The notes: generated by a model not told the origin, from the sequence alone. DNA of 64,000 bases from Paraphysomonas bandaiensis (GCA_965644295.1 CBFFRP010000324.1:62001-126000), one strand, 5' to 3'. Positions 1-13,989 are shown, counted from the first letter of the stretch. Numbers and translations are program-made.

Positions 1-53
1 AGTTGAGAATAGTAAACCTTAGCAAATAATGTCAACTTCTGTTAACTAGTACT

Positions 54-195
54 CTAAGTGTTCCAGCACTTTTCACCACTGTCGTCCTCATTCTTATAAT
101 CGGACAGTTCATCATCGATGACCTGTTGCACTGTCTTTGCGGTCCACAAGTGCTTGTTGAAGCGAAGGAACGCAAAAATGGAATTGATATGCAAG
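54..195 (-). pseudogene. C-terminal remnant of a hAT-type transposase (dimerisation-domain tail)
   Basis: Manual translation HINSIFAFLRFNKHLWTAKTVQQVIDDELSDYKNEDD...* resembles the FL(K/R)xNxxLW...V tail of hAT dimerisation domains followed by an acidic tail. No upstream ORF. Confidence 0.4.
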
Positions 196-299
196 CTCCC
201 CACTATCAGGTGAATTCAATTTATAAATGTGTGACTTAATTATAACAGGCACTTCAACATTTCAACTAGCATATGAAGAAGGGTCATTCGTATTTTTGG

Positions 300-516
300 T
301 ATTAGACCTATAGATGGTAGATGATCGTATCTGAAGCTGGTGGTATAGATGCTATCTATCTACCTATTAAACTAAAATGTACCTATAGGTACTAGACAAG
401 TTCCTAATAGGTACCAGGAGATGTAATTAACAAAGTACCTATAGGTACTTTTTCTGAGGTCCACCGATGTCCAAGCTTTTTTCTCTCAGACTTTACCTAT
501 CAAGGACCTACCCGTA
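300..516. repeat. Cluster of palindromic ACCTATAGGT-type repeats, probable MITE remnant
   Basis: GTACCTATAGGTAC occurs at ~379 and ~436, with degenerate copies at ~306, ~361, ~403 and ~495. No paired termini found. Confidence 0.4.
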
Positions 517-655
517 CATCCGCTGATTTAATCGCATGAAACCCATACGTTAGCATCAGGGAGTTAAAAAGGAACTGGCACACCGAGTGAATCAGAGTTG
601 AACTTTCTGAACTACTATTTAAAGAAATATAGAAAAAAACTAGTCGTTCAGTTAC

Positions 656-1792
656 TTAGTATCTGAGCTTCCATAGCTTAACTAGACTATCATCACCACA
701 AGTCGCACATATATGCGCCGCATTTGCCGCCGGATTCCACCGTACACAATTCACATCCCCATCATGCGCCTCTTCGATCTGGAACTCTTTCGCAAGAGCA
801 CCTTTGTCTGTGCCACACTCATCTCCTACCCGACAGAGGGATATACAGTTATCCCCACCGCCAGTGATCACGTTCCCGTGCTCCTTGCTCCAATCAATAC
901 TGCAGTACATAAGTCCAATATCACATTAGAACAAGTGATCAACAATATCATATTGCATTTGTAAGTAGAGCACAAGGTAAATATAGCTATAGGTAACTCG
1001 TCAACGACAAGATGTATACCTGTATATGGGGTATCTATGAAGGCCTCTCAGTGACGCGGATTGCATCCATTCATGTGCACTGGGGTCCGCGTCCCGAGGT
1101 CTCCCAATATACTCCCAAGATAGCACACCAAGGTCCGCACCACAAGATACCATCCTGTCCCCGTCACGGTTGAGGGCAACACCCCAAACTGTAGACCCGT
1201 GTCCGGAGAGGGTTTCCGAGCAGTACCAGTCGTCTCCTTCCTCTTTCCAAACTTTTACTGTGTCATCGTAGCTGCACGAAAAGAGAGTGGCAGAATCAAG
1301 GGGGTGAAATATTACAAACTTCACATCTTGACTGTGTCCGCTTAAGACTGTAACACATTCGAATTCACCTCTACCAAGATTTTCCCACACCCATACAGAT
1401 TTATCTCGGCCACAAGTAGCTATCCACTGACCACTGGGACTCCAACAAACACATTTGACTTCATTCTCGTGTCCCTCTAACGACGCTATCATGTCCCAAT
1501 TAGAATTGGACCTATCCTGCGACTCCCATATGACTACTGTCCCATCAAAACTGGCTGATGCTAACATCCTACCGTCTGGACTCCATTCACAGCAACGTAA
1601 TGTGCGAGACTGGCCTTCTTCCAAAGTTGCAATACATATAATGCCGCTTTCTTCCCAGTCATGATTTTTCGCTTTCCATATTCTGATTGTTCGGTCCTCT
1701 CCGCAACTTGCTAGATAATTACCATCCTTCGACCATGATACATGCCATACTCTATCTTCAGTGTGACCGCTCAATGCAGATATGAAATCCAT
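656..1792 (-). CDS. CIAO1: Cytosolic Fe-S assembly protein CIA1/CIAO1 (WD40), 2 exons
   Basis: GHTEDRVWHVSW, LASASFD, LEGHENEVKCVCW, ATCGRDKSVWVWE, GHSQDVK, AHDGDVNCVRWNP. A GT-AG intron at ~901-1020 joins the two ORFs (YPIYS/IDW). Confidence 0.93.
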
Positions 1793-2350
1793 TGTATATG
1801 TAATGACTCCCTGCGGCTGATAACTGCAGTGATATACACGGTCTGTGGGATGGTGTTATGAACATGAAGTGGCTGTCAAGGAGGTTCCCTCCAGAATATA
1901 ATACATGATAATACCGCTGTAGAGGTCTGTATATCATGTACACAGAAACAGAGTTCCGAAGAGTGTTCCATCAAGTGTATAGGTATACCTATATGTATAC
2001 CGGTATACGGGTCACTGGTGCACAGAGTATGTATGTAGCTGTCACAGATGTGAAGTATGAAAATGAAGATATTGAAGTTGCTGCTATTGACATATACATA
2101 CATACATACATACATACTGCTGTACATGATGTACGTGTGTAGCTTCGAGGTGTCTCATATCATCCGATGAGGGTCACCATTAACACACTGGCACGATAGA
2201 TATAAGCAGACTCTCTTCGATGAAGCTTGAATAACTGCTCCTCTTGTGTATCTCATTTGAACAAACTGCTCTTCTAATCGCCTCTCTCTGTAGTATAATG
2301 TATACACAGCTGCTGTGTATGTATATGTATGTATCGAGTATCCTTCTTTG

Positions 2351-5125
2351 ATGGGACCCATTAGAGTCCTGTCCCTCAACTCAGATGATGAATCCCACAA
2401 CGATTCTGAATCCAATCCGGCCAGTCAGATATACGGACACCTTCATATCCCATCCACGCCAGTGGGGATTGAGACGATGACATTCGAGCACAAGATATAT
2501 ATGAAAGCTGCTTTAAAGCTACTTGATCAGAGGGATCAAGGTATGAATGATAAGCAGGTGAAAAGAGGAAAGAGTTGCCAATCCTCTACTGATATCATCA
2601 AATATGGTGAGGTATCTTATCTTATACTTCTTCGAACTCATGTGAAGTATAAGGGACATTAAAGAAGTTCAGCTCTGGTCATTTGGCACGTATTTGGAAG
2701 GACAAATACGTGGAACTTCGGCATGGAAGCTTTACATACGAAGATTGCTATGGCTGGGGACAAACATGCAACCGCAAGACTATAAACCTTGTTGCGAAAA
2801 AAGTCAAGTGCTATATCCTAATGGCTGATATTTCGACAGGACGATTCGTCTTTGAAATCAGTGATGCTGGAGGGCGGAGTCGTAGCTGGAAGGCAGATTC
2901 AGAAGACGATATGTGGTCATGGGTGAATGCCATCAAGACTGCTATGATAGGATCAGCAGGTGATTTTTCTGCAGCAGAAGCAAGAGACATCTCGTATATC
3001 TCTCGTGATAGCGGAAGTGCTGGGAAAACATCCTCAACTTATTTGCGTCCCATAACCGATGTCGACAACGGATGTAGCTTTACATGTAGAGTGCGATTCC
3101 AGAACAGTCACGGGCCGTCCTGTAGATATTGGAGCCCAGAAGTACAGCGTTGCTTCTCTGTGCAAGCCACTCTCATAAACGCCAAATCGGCAGAAGCGTA
3201 TCGCGACCAGTTGGCGGTATACACATCCGGTTCGGTTTTCACGATTCCAGTTTCTTTTTTGACGGTAAAACTCTCTAGAGTGAAATACAATACATGTCAG
3301 TTCTATTAGCAGATACACGAAAATGCCCATGCTTCGCTTGGTGTGGAACAAAACCCGATAAAGAAATCGAAAATGAAGAAAATTGCAAGTACCAGAAAGG
3401 CTGTTTCCATAGAGCGCTCTCAGGTGTGGGACCTCATTGAGTGTATATTAACTCACGGACGTATTTTAGGCGTGGAAGGACTTGCGCCGTGATATAATAA
3501 CGATTAACGGCGATGCGGTATCGGGTGGAATAAATGGGCCTGATGCTATGTTGGGATCTCTTACACGTCATATCCTGCTAAAGATACAAGAAATGCGGAG
3601 CCGCTATATGGATTGTCCGATGCCATCGTGCTCCTCCTCAGCACAACGTGTGGAGAGCCATCACAACAACCCAACAATATATGCGGACTTAGATGAGGGG
3701 CTTGCTCTTAGCTGCGCACGAGATGTTTTGCTTTCGTGTAGTCGAACGCGCAGCGGTGGAGATACTTATTATATGGTGGAGTCACTTTTTGTGAACAAGA
3801 GCTTCGCTATTCTCACACCTCTGGCGTGCAATGCAGATCCACTTGAGATAGTTGTGGACATTGTTGAAAGTGATAACCTTCCTGAACCATTGTCAGGGGA
3901 GGATGGAAACAATTGTAGCGCCTTTAATGGTAACAATAAAGGGAAAAAAGAAGAAATGGCACTGCAGAAATCGGTTTCGCCTAACCTTCTCTGCAATATG
4001 AAATTCTCTGTGGGCGAAGAGGCAAAGTGCTTCTGCAAAGTCGTAAGCCCAACTTGTATTCCTAGTGAAGTTCTATCCGAAAAGGACGCTGGTCTTAAAT
4101 TGTCATCGCATATTCGTAGTGCTCGATCTCTAGTGTGCGACAAAAGTGAAATAAGTAGCAGCACTGAAGCGAGCATGCATTCATCTGCTTGTGATAAGAA
4201 CTGTAAATACGTAGTGAATGAGAAAGAGGAGGAATCAATACTTGATGAGGGGTACAACACAACAACACAAGAAAGAGAACATGACCTTCCCCTCCCCCAA
4301 TCAGCTGATAGTGTGCTGATACCTTCGAAATTGGATAGATGTCTCACTATAGACACAAAGGGTGATCAGCAGAATGTTCTTGAGAGGCTAACCGAAGGAT
4401 ATCGGCGCGATATATTTAGGAGGGCGTACAGTAAAAGATATGAAATAAAAGCCGCTCCGACGACAAATCCTTCTGAAGAAGAGGCCGCTGATGGCGTAAG
4501 TAATAAGATGTTTGACAATAATACAGAGTGTCGACCATGGAAACGTTCCAGTACATTTAAAAATAGTGTAAGGGCTACTTCTGGCTACTGCAATAAAACG
4601 GACAATATTTTGCACTTACAAGATAGACCAAAATCTCAATTTCTGGGATTTAAATCTTCGAGTATTAGAAAAGATATATTGGCATCATCTGCTGAGTCAG
4701 GCAGAAAGACGGATAATGAGTTCTCTGTTGGAAGCGATGATGGTGCATATTTGACGACGTGCAGGAAAAACAATTTTCTCAAAAGGACATTTGGTTTTAA
4801 TAGCAGAAGTACCCTCTCTAGCGGGAAAAAGATCGGCTACAATGGGCAAGAAAGTGACGTCATATCAGATAGTGACCAGGAAGCTGATATGACTGCGCAA
4901 TCTATGTGTATACGTATTCAAGTAAGAGCAAAATCGAAATATAGGCTTTGTAACCGGGATCCTCAGCATGAAGATGACGATAACTGGGCAATCATATATG
5001 GAACATTGTACCAGTCATTTTTCCTCAAATCGAATTCAAATAGTCAGCCATCAGTATCGGATAGATTAGTAACCGTTAAAGTTGATCATTATCGACAAAG
5101 TGAACCAAAAGATATATGTAGATAG
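2351..5125 (+). CDS. PH-domain protein with a long low-complexity region and an unknown C-terminal domain (multi-exon)
   Basis: Spliced KYGTLKKF...WKDKYVELRHGSFTY...RSWKADSEDDMWSWVNAIKTA is a typical PH pattern. Introns at ~2606-2653, ~3265-3310 and ~3424-3469. Confidence 0.7.
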
Positions 5126-5470
5126 CAGTATCGTATGTCTAGGTCTACTTCGTATTTTGCATTTTCTATTTCATAAGTGTTATGCTCGACTGTTTACACT
5201 CTTCTTACTACAGTAGTTTCGTTTTTAAAAAAACTATATGTCTAGTGAATTGATATATTAAATTGACACCATGAAAGAAAATATACATCATTTCCTGGTG
5301 AATACTCTTAATTTTCCCTGGATGTTTAAGAGTTCCAAGTCTAATCTAAAACAAATAGTTTTTAATTTGCTTCTACCTGTCATCATAAGAGGACAGCAAC
5401 CAACATGCAAACACTCAGTATAAAAAACTACGGAAATAAAAATTACTCGTACTTTGTATATGGTGTGCAC

Positions 5471-6340
5471 CAGGCGTGCGTAACAATTAATTGGTTTTAA
5501 AAGTGATAACTTCAATTATTATTATTGGTAAATGTTTTTTCTGTACACAACCGTTCTCATGTAATAATCAGATGTTCTTATATATTATTGGTAAATGTTG
5601 CAAATTAATTGGCTGGAAAATTATATATATAGTATCTTACGATGTATAGCTACTAAACTTAGGTACAAATCTAATATATGTTAGCATACTAGTTTGGATG
5701 TATGTGGATAGTTACGTTAGCATTTTATTAATCGTAATAAGGGTTTGTATGTTTGTATACACTTTAACCTCAGCACGCAAAAGTAATAATATATATATCA
5801 TGACAAATATCGTTGGCAAAGAACAAACTGAGCACCTCCATATATATAACGATCATCTAGAGATACATAGCATAATATAATGTGATAGCATATTCAACTG
5901 CTTTGAAATATTCAAGTGTAGTAGTGTAAATGACGCTATAAGTGTATCCGTTAGGTATAACAGTATCAGAGGAAGAGAAGTATGTGTATGTGACAGAATA
6001 CCTTAATACAGAGGATCCGTGGTGTGTATGTACAACAGTAATGGACTAGAATGATGGGATAGCCATACTTATTATTCTTATTTATTTAAGATTGTTACGA
6101 CTACAGCCATTTTTGCAAGCGAATGACACCTAGACACTTGCAATGTTGATGTTTCTGTGTGAAAATGTTGGTGTTTCTTTGGGATGAGATTATAGTTCAT
6201 AAAGTTATTCTAAAATCTATCAATAGAATTAAAGGCAATTAATTGCATTGCCAATAATTGGATGCTTAAATAATAATCACAATTATTATTGTTGGACACA
6301 CATCACCAATTAATTGTCAATTAATTGTTACGCCAACCTG
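5471..6340. mobile_element. Non-autonomous hAT-type DNA transposon (870 bp)
   Basis: TIRs CAGGCGTGCGTAACAATTAATTG and (reverse complement) CAGGTTGGCGTAACAATTAATTG. Perfect 8-bp TSD GTGTGCAC at 5463-5470 and 6341-6348. AT-rich non-coding interior. Confidence 0.88.
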
Positions 6341-6799
6341 GTGTGCACGTAGCTATATTATATTGAAAGTCTTACTTTTTAGCAATAGAGGCCTTAAAAA
6401 AATACTACACCAATGTAAACGTAGCAATATACAATTTCATTCACAACCACTGCACGGGATCGTCGAAAATGTACCTGCCTCTCGGAAATAATAGTTCGTC
6501 TTCGATAGCTCCATGCTTATAGCTGTAAACGTGGAACATCTTGAGAAGTGAGATGATTCATGAACTCTTTAGGCAGCAATGCATCTGTTAGAATACAGAC
6601 TGTAAACAGTATTAGTATTCATGACTAGTGGTCAGTTTCTACTTATTTATAGCAATGTAGCTGCTGGATTTATGGAGTTTCAGTATTCCAATAGAGTAAG
6701 ATAATAATTTATACATTGTTGTCATAATACTGATATATACGATATCTGTTTCTAAAATACTACACTGTATGCTCACAAAAAATAACGACATGCCACTTT

Positions 6800-9293
6800 T
6801 TAGTCGAAAGTGTCATCTTCATTCACTTCCTTCCAGCTACCACAGCGTTTAACCAGGGACGGTAATTGGTACGCCTCAAATGGAAATGAAAACTTCATAA
6901 AATCAAAAGCTGCAGAAAACTCTACAACACTTTTGAATAGACTACTTGTATCACCAGAATTTACAAATCTTGGATATCTTTGACTGAAGTGGGTTAAAAC
7001 GACATGCTTCGCTTGCATTTGTAGACCAATGGTTAACGCCTCTGAACATGTGCAATGTCTCTTAGCAATTGCATCCTCCGAGTGGTCATCATCAAAAGTG
7101 GATTCATGAATCAGTACATCGCAATTCTTACCATGCACAATCAGATCACTACATGGTCTACAGTCTGCACTATACACGAATTTATTTCCATTTGGAAGTC
7201 GCAAAACTACCCCATAAGAGTCATGACAATGATTTACAGGCACGCTAATCAGGCTAGCTAAAAGACCACCGGTTTTCAAATTAATTTTCTTACAAAAGTC
7301 TTCTGGAATGTCACCAAAAAAACAATCGTCCGAAAAGTTAGGTGATTTGGAGGTAATAGCAGTTTGCTCAATAGGTACGAACTCGATAGAGTCTGCATAA
7401 CCCCCAATACAAGCCAAAAATTCATGGTAGCGAATTACATTGTTTGATGCGACCACCACTATACTTGCCCCTGTAGCTCCAGTCTTACTCTTCCTCACTC
7501 TCAAAACTTCCTCGAGTAGCAGTGCAAGTCCACAGTGGTGATCAGCATGTTGATGAGATATCCAAACAACAGCCAGGGAAGCCAAAGTTTCATTCATGCG
7601 GGTAAGATCACAACCTAACGCGCAATACAGCTGAGATAAACAACTCTCACCGGCATCCAGAAGAATCGATGACTTCTCTACATGCATGCTTCTTCTCTGG
7701 TCTCTGTCTAAAGCGCGATTACATATCGTAAGAAGTATTGATGAATTACATCGATACTTTGATGGCGCAGCAGAACCGGTACCAAGAAACAAAAACTCCG
7801 TTTGTATACATCCAGAGTAAGGTACTATAAATGCATGTCTGTCGACCCCACGCTTACGTTTAAGAAATGAACGCACGTTGGCGGCTGCCTCATAATTTGA
7901 AAACGGAGTGCCGGATAATAAATTTCTATTACAACTAGACTGAATACTGTCACCTGTGTTTTCACCGCATAATGTAGCATAGGACATTAACTTATCATAA
8001 TAAGTGGTTCCAATAACCTTAGATAGAAGCATAGTAGCAGTCTGATCACAAGGGGATAGTAGTCTTCTCGTAGACAAAACAAACTGTTCGTGTGACAACA
8101 TCCGACTGCACGCTTCAGATGATCGCGTTGGAATAGCTATCGTCATCAAAGGTTCTACTGGCAAGGCTGTACCTGAGTCAATGTTTTCTCTGTTTGTTTC
8201 TTTCCAGCAAAAGTAATCGTCATTGTCGATACCACAACCACGTAAGTCTACGTCTTTCTTGTTCCTGAAGCTTGATGCTAAAAAATTAGGAATTGAGTTG
8301 GGTGCCAACTGTGCATGTTGAACACTTAATAAGGCAAGGCTCATTGTAGCATGACGAAACTCCACGCTTGTGTCACGTTTGCACAACTGAAATATATGGT
8401 AAACAACATACAATGCGATATACGCAATTCTTACATCAACATATATTCCCACGACGTTTCGAGAAACGCATATATTCTCAAAATAACGCTTCACAGCTTC
8501 AATTTTCTTAGAGTCTGCACCACTATGATTGTATCCCCCGCCATACTGCAGGGGAACGAAGAGAGCAAGTATAACATACTGGCTCTGAAATAACCCAAGC
8601 ACATCTCGTACTGCAGGCTCGATGTGATACGACTGGGAATAAGAAATACACCCCACAGATCCGAAAAAAATTTCTTTATCTTCCACACACCATGGAGTGA
8701 TACATGCCGAGAGAGCAACAGGGTGAAGTGTGCCCTGCACGAATGAATTAATACATATCGCAATATCGTATTGAAATTACCTCTTGACAACTGAAGACGG
8801 GAAGTACCTCAATAGTAAACCACTCCAACCGGAACACGGTAGCAGATTTACATTCGAAATCCTTGGTATTTAGTTCATATAATGTAAGTTCTGGATACCT
8901 AAAATAACGATCACATAGACACAAGCATATAGCTACCACACACCTCCTGTTGGTAAAAGGATTCAAACTAGCAATGAACGCTGTGAGCCCAGGGGGGCCT
9001 ATAATAGCTAGTTTATGATGCCCAATATCAGATAAACTTAGCAGCAATGCAGGTAAACCAGAAACATTGTGTGGAACGAGTGACGTTAACAGGACGCAAG
9101 TTAATTTATTGAGTTTGACTTTATATTCACTGCAAAATTTTTGACAGGAATCTCCCGCATTAATCAGACACATCGCAAGAGTCTGATCGCCATGAGATAA
9201 CTTCTTTGTTATCGACAAGACAGAAGAAAATCCTGTACAGTTATGTCCACAATTGAGCACTTGTAATGTGGATATGAAGGAGTCCACACTCAT
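6800..9293 (-). CDS. ELAC2: tRNase Z long form (ELAC2/Trz1-like), multi-exon
   Basis: FLGTGSAAPSKYR, LLDAGE, ISHQHADHH (HxHxDH), YSADCRP, HESTF, THFSQRYP. N-terminal pseudo-motif LINAGDSCQKFCSEYKVKL...NVSGLPALLLSLSD. Confidence 0.88.
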
Positions 9294-9469
9294 GGACACA
9301 GAGGCTAAGATCTGTATGTGGAACTATGTGATAGCGCTCTATTGCTGATCTGCTACTGTGCCGACCATATAAGACACAGTGGGGTTGTATAAAGGGGTGA
9401 TGGGGGATACAGTCAGTATGTGTGTGTGGATTCATTAATATGCATGTTATGCGTCCAATGGCTGGCACT

Positions 9470-9565
9470 GCAGATGTACAGCAGTATATGTAGGTATACC
9501 CATGGTATACAGCAGTATGTATGTAGGTGTACAGTAGTATGTTATATTTGTACAGCAGTATACCG
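9470..9565. promoter_or_regulatory. Cluster of TACAGCAGTA motifs in the ELAC2/PPP4C divergent promoter
   Basis: Exact copies at 9477, 9508 and 9551, and variant TACAGTAGTA at 9530. The same motif recurs in other divergent regions. Confidence 0.6.
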
Positions 9566-9816
9566 TGATATACTACCGTACACACAGTCATCTTGAATGT
9601 GTGTTGTGTGTTTTCAGTTTAGTTCAAACATCTTGCGACTGTTGGAGATATGTGTGGTGAGTGTGATTCGTTTTATCTTGTACAGTATAATACACTCTAC
9701 GTCAAGTGTGTCAGTCCTCTATTGCTTATATAGTGTGGAGGTGTTCATATATATATATATAGTGCCTACGTCGTGTGTAGAATAGTTGGAAGTACTTCCA
9801 ACAGACCAATTTGTAG

Positions 9817-10962
9817 ATGGTATCCATATCTGATTTGGATGAACAAATTGAGAGACTTAAACGCTGTGAATATCTCAAGGAGTCAGAAGTAAAGGCACTA
9901 TGCGACAAAGCTCGAGAAATATTAATTGATGAGAGCAATGTGCAGCGTGTTGACGCTCCTGTGACGGTGTGTATTGTACATCGTTTATATTTTTTTCTCA
10001 TATTAGCTTCAGATTTGCGGTGATATTCACGGGCAGTTTTATGACCTCATTGAATTATTTAAGGTGGGCGGCGAGTGTCCGTACACCAACTATTTATTCC
10101 TTGGAGATTTTGTGGATCGAGGGTATTACAGCGTTGAAACATTTTTATTGCTCTTGGCTTTGAAGGTACATATAATTTTGAATTTACGCGGTGAATAATG
10201 ACTCCATTCAGGTCAGATATCCAGATAGAATTACTTTAATTCGAGGAAACCACGAATCGAGACAGATAACTCAAGTATATGGGTTTTATGACGAGTGCCT
10301 TCGGAAATATGGCTCTGTAAATGTGTGGCGATATTGTACTGAAATATTTGACTATCTTAGCTTATCTGCAATTATTGATGACAAAATATTTTGTGTGCAC
10401 GGTGGTCTCTCTCCTGCTATCAACACGTTGGATCAGGTACGATGAAATATGTAATCATATTATGTTTTCTAAGTCAGTGTTTTAGATCCGCGTCATTGAC
10501 AGAAAGCAAGAAGTTCCGCATGATGGTGCAATGTGTGATCTAATGTGGTCGGACCCTGAAGATATTGAGGGATGGGGTCTCTCACCACGTGGTGCAGGGT
10601 ACTTATTCGGAGGAGACGTTGTTGCCAAGTTTAACGAAATCAACCACCTCGACCTCGTAGCTAGAGCTCATCAACTTGTAATGGAAGGCTACAAAACGAT
10701 GTTTCCTACAAAAGGGAGTGGTAGAGGTGGCCAGCAGCCAGTTGACAGTCTAGTGACTGTGTGGTCCGCACCCAACTACTGCTATCGATGTGGTAATGTC
10801 GCTGCAATATTGGAGTTGGATGAGCACCTTGACCAGCATTTTAAGGTACCCATTCTATGATGAGGCCGACTTGTTTAATGTGTATGATAGATTTTTGAAG
10901 CTGCACCACAAGAAGCTCGCGGTGTTCCCTCTAAAAATCCAACACCGGACTACTTTTTGTAA
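9817..10962 (+). CDS. PPP4C: Ser/Thr protein phosphatase 4 catalytic subunit, 5 exons
   Basis: DLDEQIERL...[61 protein letters not shown]-terminus [21 protein letters not shown]. Confidence 0.92.
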
Positions 10963-12066
10963 ATGTCGCAGTGTCTCTGGTGTTGACACCCATTATATTT
11001 GGGATTAGTGTTTGTCCATGGTAGAGTATAGGTGTGATGTTGCTTTGTACGTCACCACAATTTCGCTGTTGAGTATGGAGCTACTTAGCAAATGGGATTA
11101 TCTCTACTTCATTCCCATCCGTGTGCGCCAGCATATGTAATAACAAACAGCGTTTTTACGTGTAAATGTATTGCATTTATATACTTTTTATATTTGCCTT
11201 TGCACCCGGCTGGTAATTCAAGTTGTGGTGGAATCGATTTGCAAGAAGAAATTCAATAATGCAGTCAACGGAGCATGCCGCAGTGTATTCTGGATGGTGA
11301 CTTGATATCTTGATATGGGCAATGTTTTCATACTCTAAACCCTATAGAACTCTTTTGCGAGTCTATTGACTCCTCCATTTTGCAAGAATGTGGCAGTTAA
11401 TGTCGCAGCTATTATAACTATTGAAACACAGCAAACGTGGAAAGTTTATTGGGTTGTGGAGTTTGCTGAGGTTAAAGAATAAGTTAAGCATGAGGTAGAT
11501 AATAGATAATACTATGGGGCAAAAAGTGGAGAGTATTCTGAACTATTTAGGGTAAAGTGAGCACTGTAGGAATATTCTGGGACTATGGGTAAATAGTATA
11601 ATAAATACGGCCGTACCGGACGATCATAATTATCAATTATGGAAGGGGTTGTTAACAGGGGGAAACTGGCTATTTGTGGTTGCTTAACAGTTTCCAGAAT
11701 TGGTAAAGAGGATATGGATATTGTGACTCCTATATTGCATACGTTCAAGGGAGAGAAAGGTAAGTCTCTCGTGATGATGGTCAGTCACTGCAGATCGAGT
11801 CAATATTTTTTTGTGAGGAACATTTTCACAGCATAATGTACTCAAACTCTGCTTTAGAACAACTAAAATCCTCACAGCACAAAACATTCTTTCTTAGTAC
11901 TAATACACTTGTTACAACACAATCACGACGATGCACTCCAAGTACTGATACAATACCAAGAAATACAACTTTAAAATCAAGCAACATATGTGCTTGTGCA
12001 TGCTATTTACGTCATTCAACTTGATCAACCACGACTTATCAATTAAATCAATGATTACTATCAAAT

Positions 12067-12720
12067 CTACTTTTGCAACAATTTCTGGATTTTGTTGTCT
12101 TTAAGACGAACAAGTTGTTCCAGTTTAGCAATCTTTAATTCCAAAATTTCAACAGTTTCTTGCAAGTCACGAATTTGTTCTTCTTTTTCAAGTAAAATTT
12201 CTTCGTCCACGCGCGACTGAAAGGTAGATTTCGATGCCTGTTTCCCTGCACGCCCCTCAGTAGACGCGTTATTCTTTCTCGTATGTGTGGCCTGACCTGT
12301 AGGCTGTTTATGTGACGCGGGAGATCCTGCATATGCTTCTGAGTTTTGTGTACTCTTTCTTCGAGCGATCTTCTCCCGATATTTTGCCATTTTATACTGG
12401 AGCGAATTAAGTACATTTTCGATTACACCTTGTTTACAGTTGACAATATCTTCAATAACTGAGCGTGATAACTGGAAATCAAAACGTTTTAAAACTTTGT
12501 TGTTAAGAGTTTCATAATTGTAAATCTTCTGTTGGATTGAGTTCGCAGCGCTATAATTATGCAATTCTACTGTATCAGGAAAATATGCTGCAATAACCTC
12601 TGCAAGCATACAACCATCACTGAAATCTCTCGCGATGTTTCTCTTCGGTCTGGAGAGAGGGATCGCATCTATCCAAGCATATATGCTGCGCAACTGTTCG
12701 TCACTAAGCTCATTTGACAT
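12067..12720 (-). CDS. SPEF1: Sperm flagellar protein 1 (CH domain plus C-terminal coiled coil)
   Basis: WIDAIPLSRPKRNIARDFSDG...VELHNY...NYETLNNKVL and EILELKIAKLEQLVRLKD. Intronless. Confidence 0.9.
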   Translation of the reverse strand: MSNELSDEQLRSIYAWIDAIPLSRPKRNIARDFSDGCMLAEVIAAYFPDTVELHNYSAANSIQQKIYNYETLNNKVLKRFDFQLSRSVIEDIVNCKQGVIENVLNSLQYKMAKYREKIARRKSTQNSEAYAGSPASHKQPTGQATHTRKNNASTEGRAGKQASKSTFQSRVDEEILLEKEEQIRDLQETVEILELKIAKLEQLVRLKDNKIQKLLQK

Positions 12721-13207
12721 CCCCGGTGTTTCTAATGCTAAATTGGGGTCTCTGTCTACTTAGATGCGATGGTTTAGTAATATATACTGAATGAAATTTC
12801 AATTATGAGCGTTAATAAGATAACAACTGCAATAATACACGCACAGCATACAGACATACAGAGTAGCACCTAACGAATGGTATTATGTACACTACGGAAT
12901 ACCGTATAGGTATACCTCCAGCAGTAGATACAGACATACAAAAAAAACTGTATACAGTACCTGTATATACAGTGCATGTATGTAACATTCTAGATGGGAA
13001 TATATACGTACGAGTGATTTTGAATTTCTCTCACTCAACAGCAGCACACACTCTAGTTGCAATATACTGTATAAGCAGTTTTACGAATGCATGTATTGAT
13101 AGGTGCAGTGAGCTTCTCGTCTCTCTATATATACATACCACTCTCACACAATCCTCTGTGCGAGTTACTATTCCTACTCTATTGGGACCTGTTCATAATT
13201 ACTCACA

Positions 13208-13989
13208 ATGGCACAGTACGGCAAAACTAACTATTGGGATGAACGTTACACAAAGTAAGGCGGATGATTGCATATCATACACACCTTACATATATATATG
13301 ACACAGAGACCCAGAGCCTTTTGATTGGTATCAGCGTTACTCTGGTGTTCGCGATCTTATTAACCAGGTTTATAGATTACATTATTGTGATTGGTGTGTT
13401 TCTAATGCGATTATTTGTAAAGTACGTCAAGAGAGAGGACGTCATCTTGATGTCCGGATGTGGAAACTCGAGATTGACTGAAGATATGTTTGAAGATGGT
13501 AAGGTCCAATACATGCCATTATTCTTCTCTAAATGTATTTAAGGTTATACATCCATCACCAATATTGACGTTTCGAGGGTTTGCATTGACCAAATGTTGG
13601 AACGTTATCGCGATAAACCTACACTTCAATGGCAACAAATGAATGCATGCTCCTTAGATTTTCCTGATGAAACATTTGATGTTGTCATCGATAAAGGAAC
13701 AATGGATTCTATATTGTGTGGCGAAGGATCCACTGCTAACGTTGCGAAAATGTGTGGTGAAGTGTCTCGTGTGTTGAAACCAACAGGATGTTTCTTCATT
13801 ATATCCTATGGTGTTCCTGATAACAGGCTCAATTATTTGGAAAAAGAGGATATTTATTCATGGAATGTAACGGTGCATACAGTACCCAAGCCAACAGTTA
13901 GTGCTGCTGCTGTGCCTACATCCGAAGATTCCAGTGGTGTCCATTACGTGTATGTATGCACCAAGGGGGGGAGCGCTGAAGAAGGCTAG
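13208..13989 (+). CDS. EEF1AKMT4/METTL13-N-like class I SAM methyltransferase, 4 exons
   Basis: Spliced MAQYGKTNYWDERYTKDPEPFDWYQRY...GCGNSRL...NIDVS...FDVVIDKGTMDSILCG...EVSRVLKP. Confidence 0.88.
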
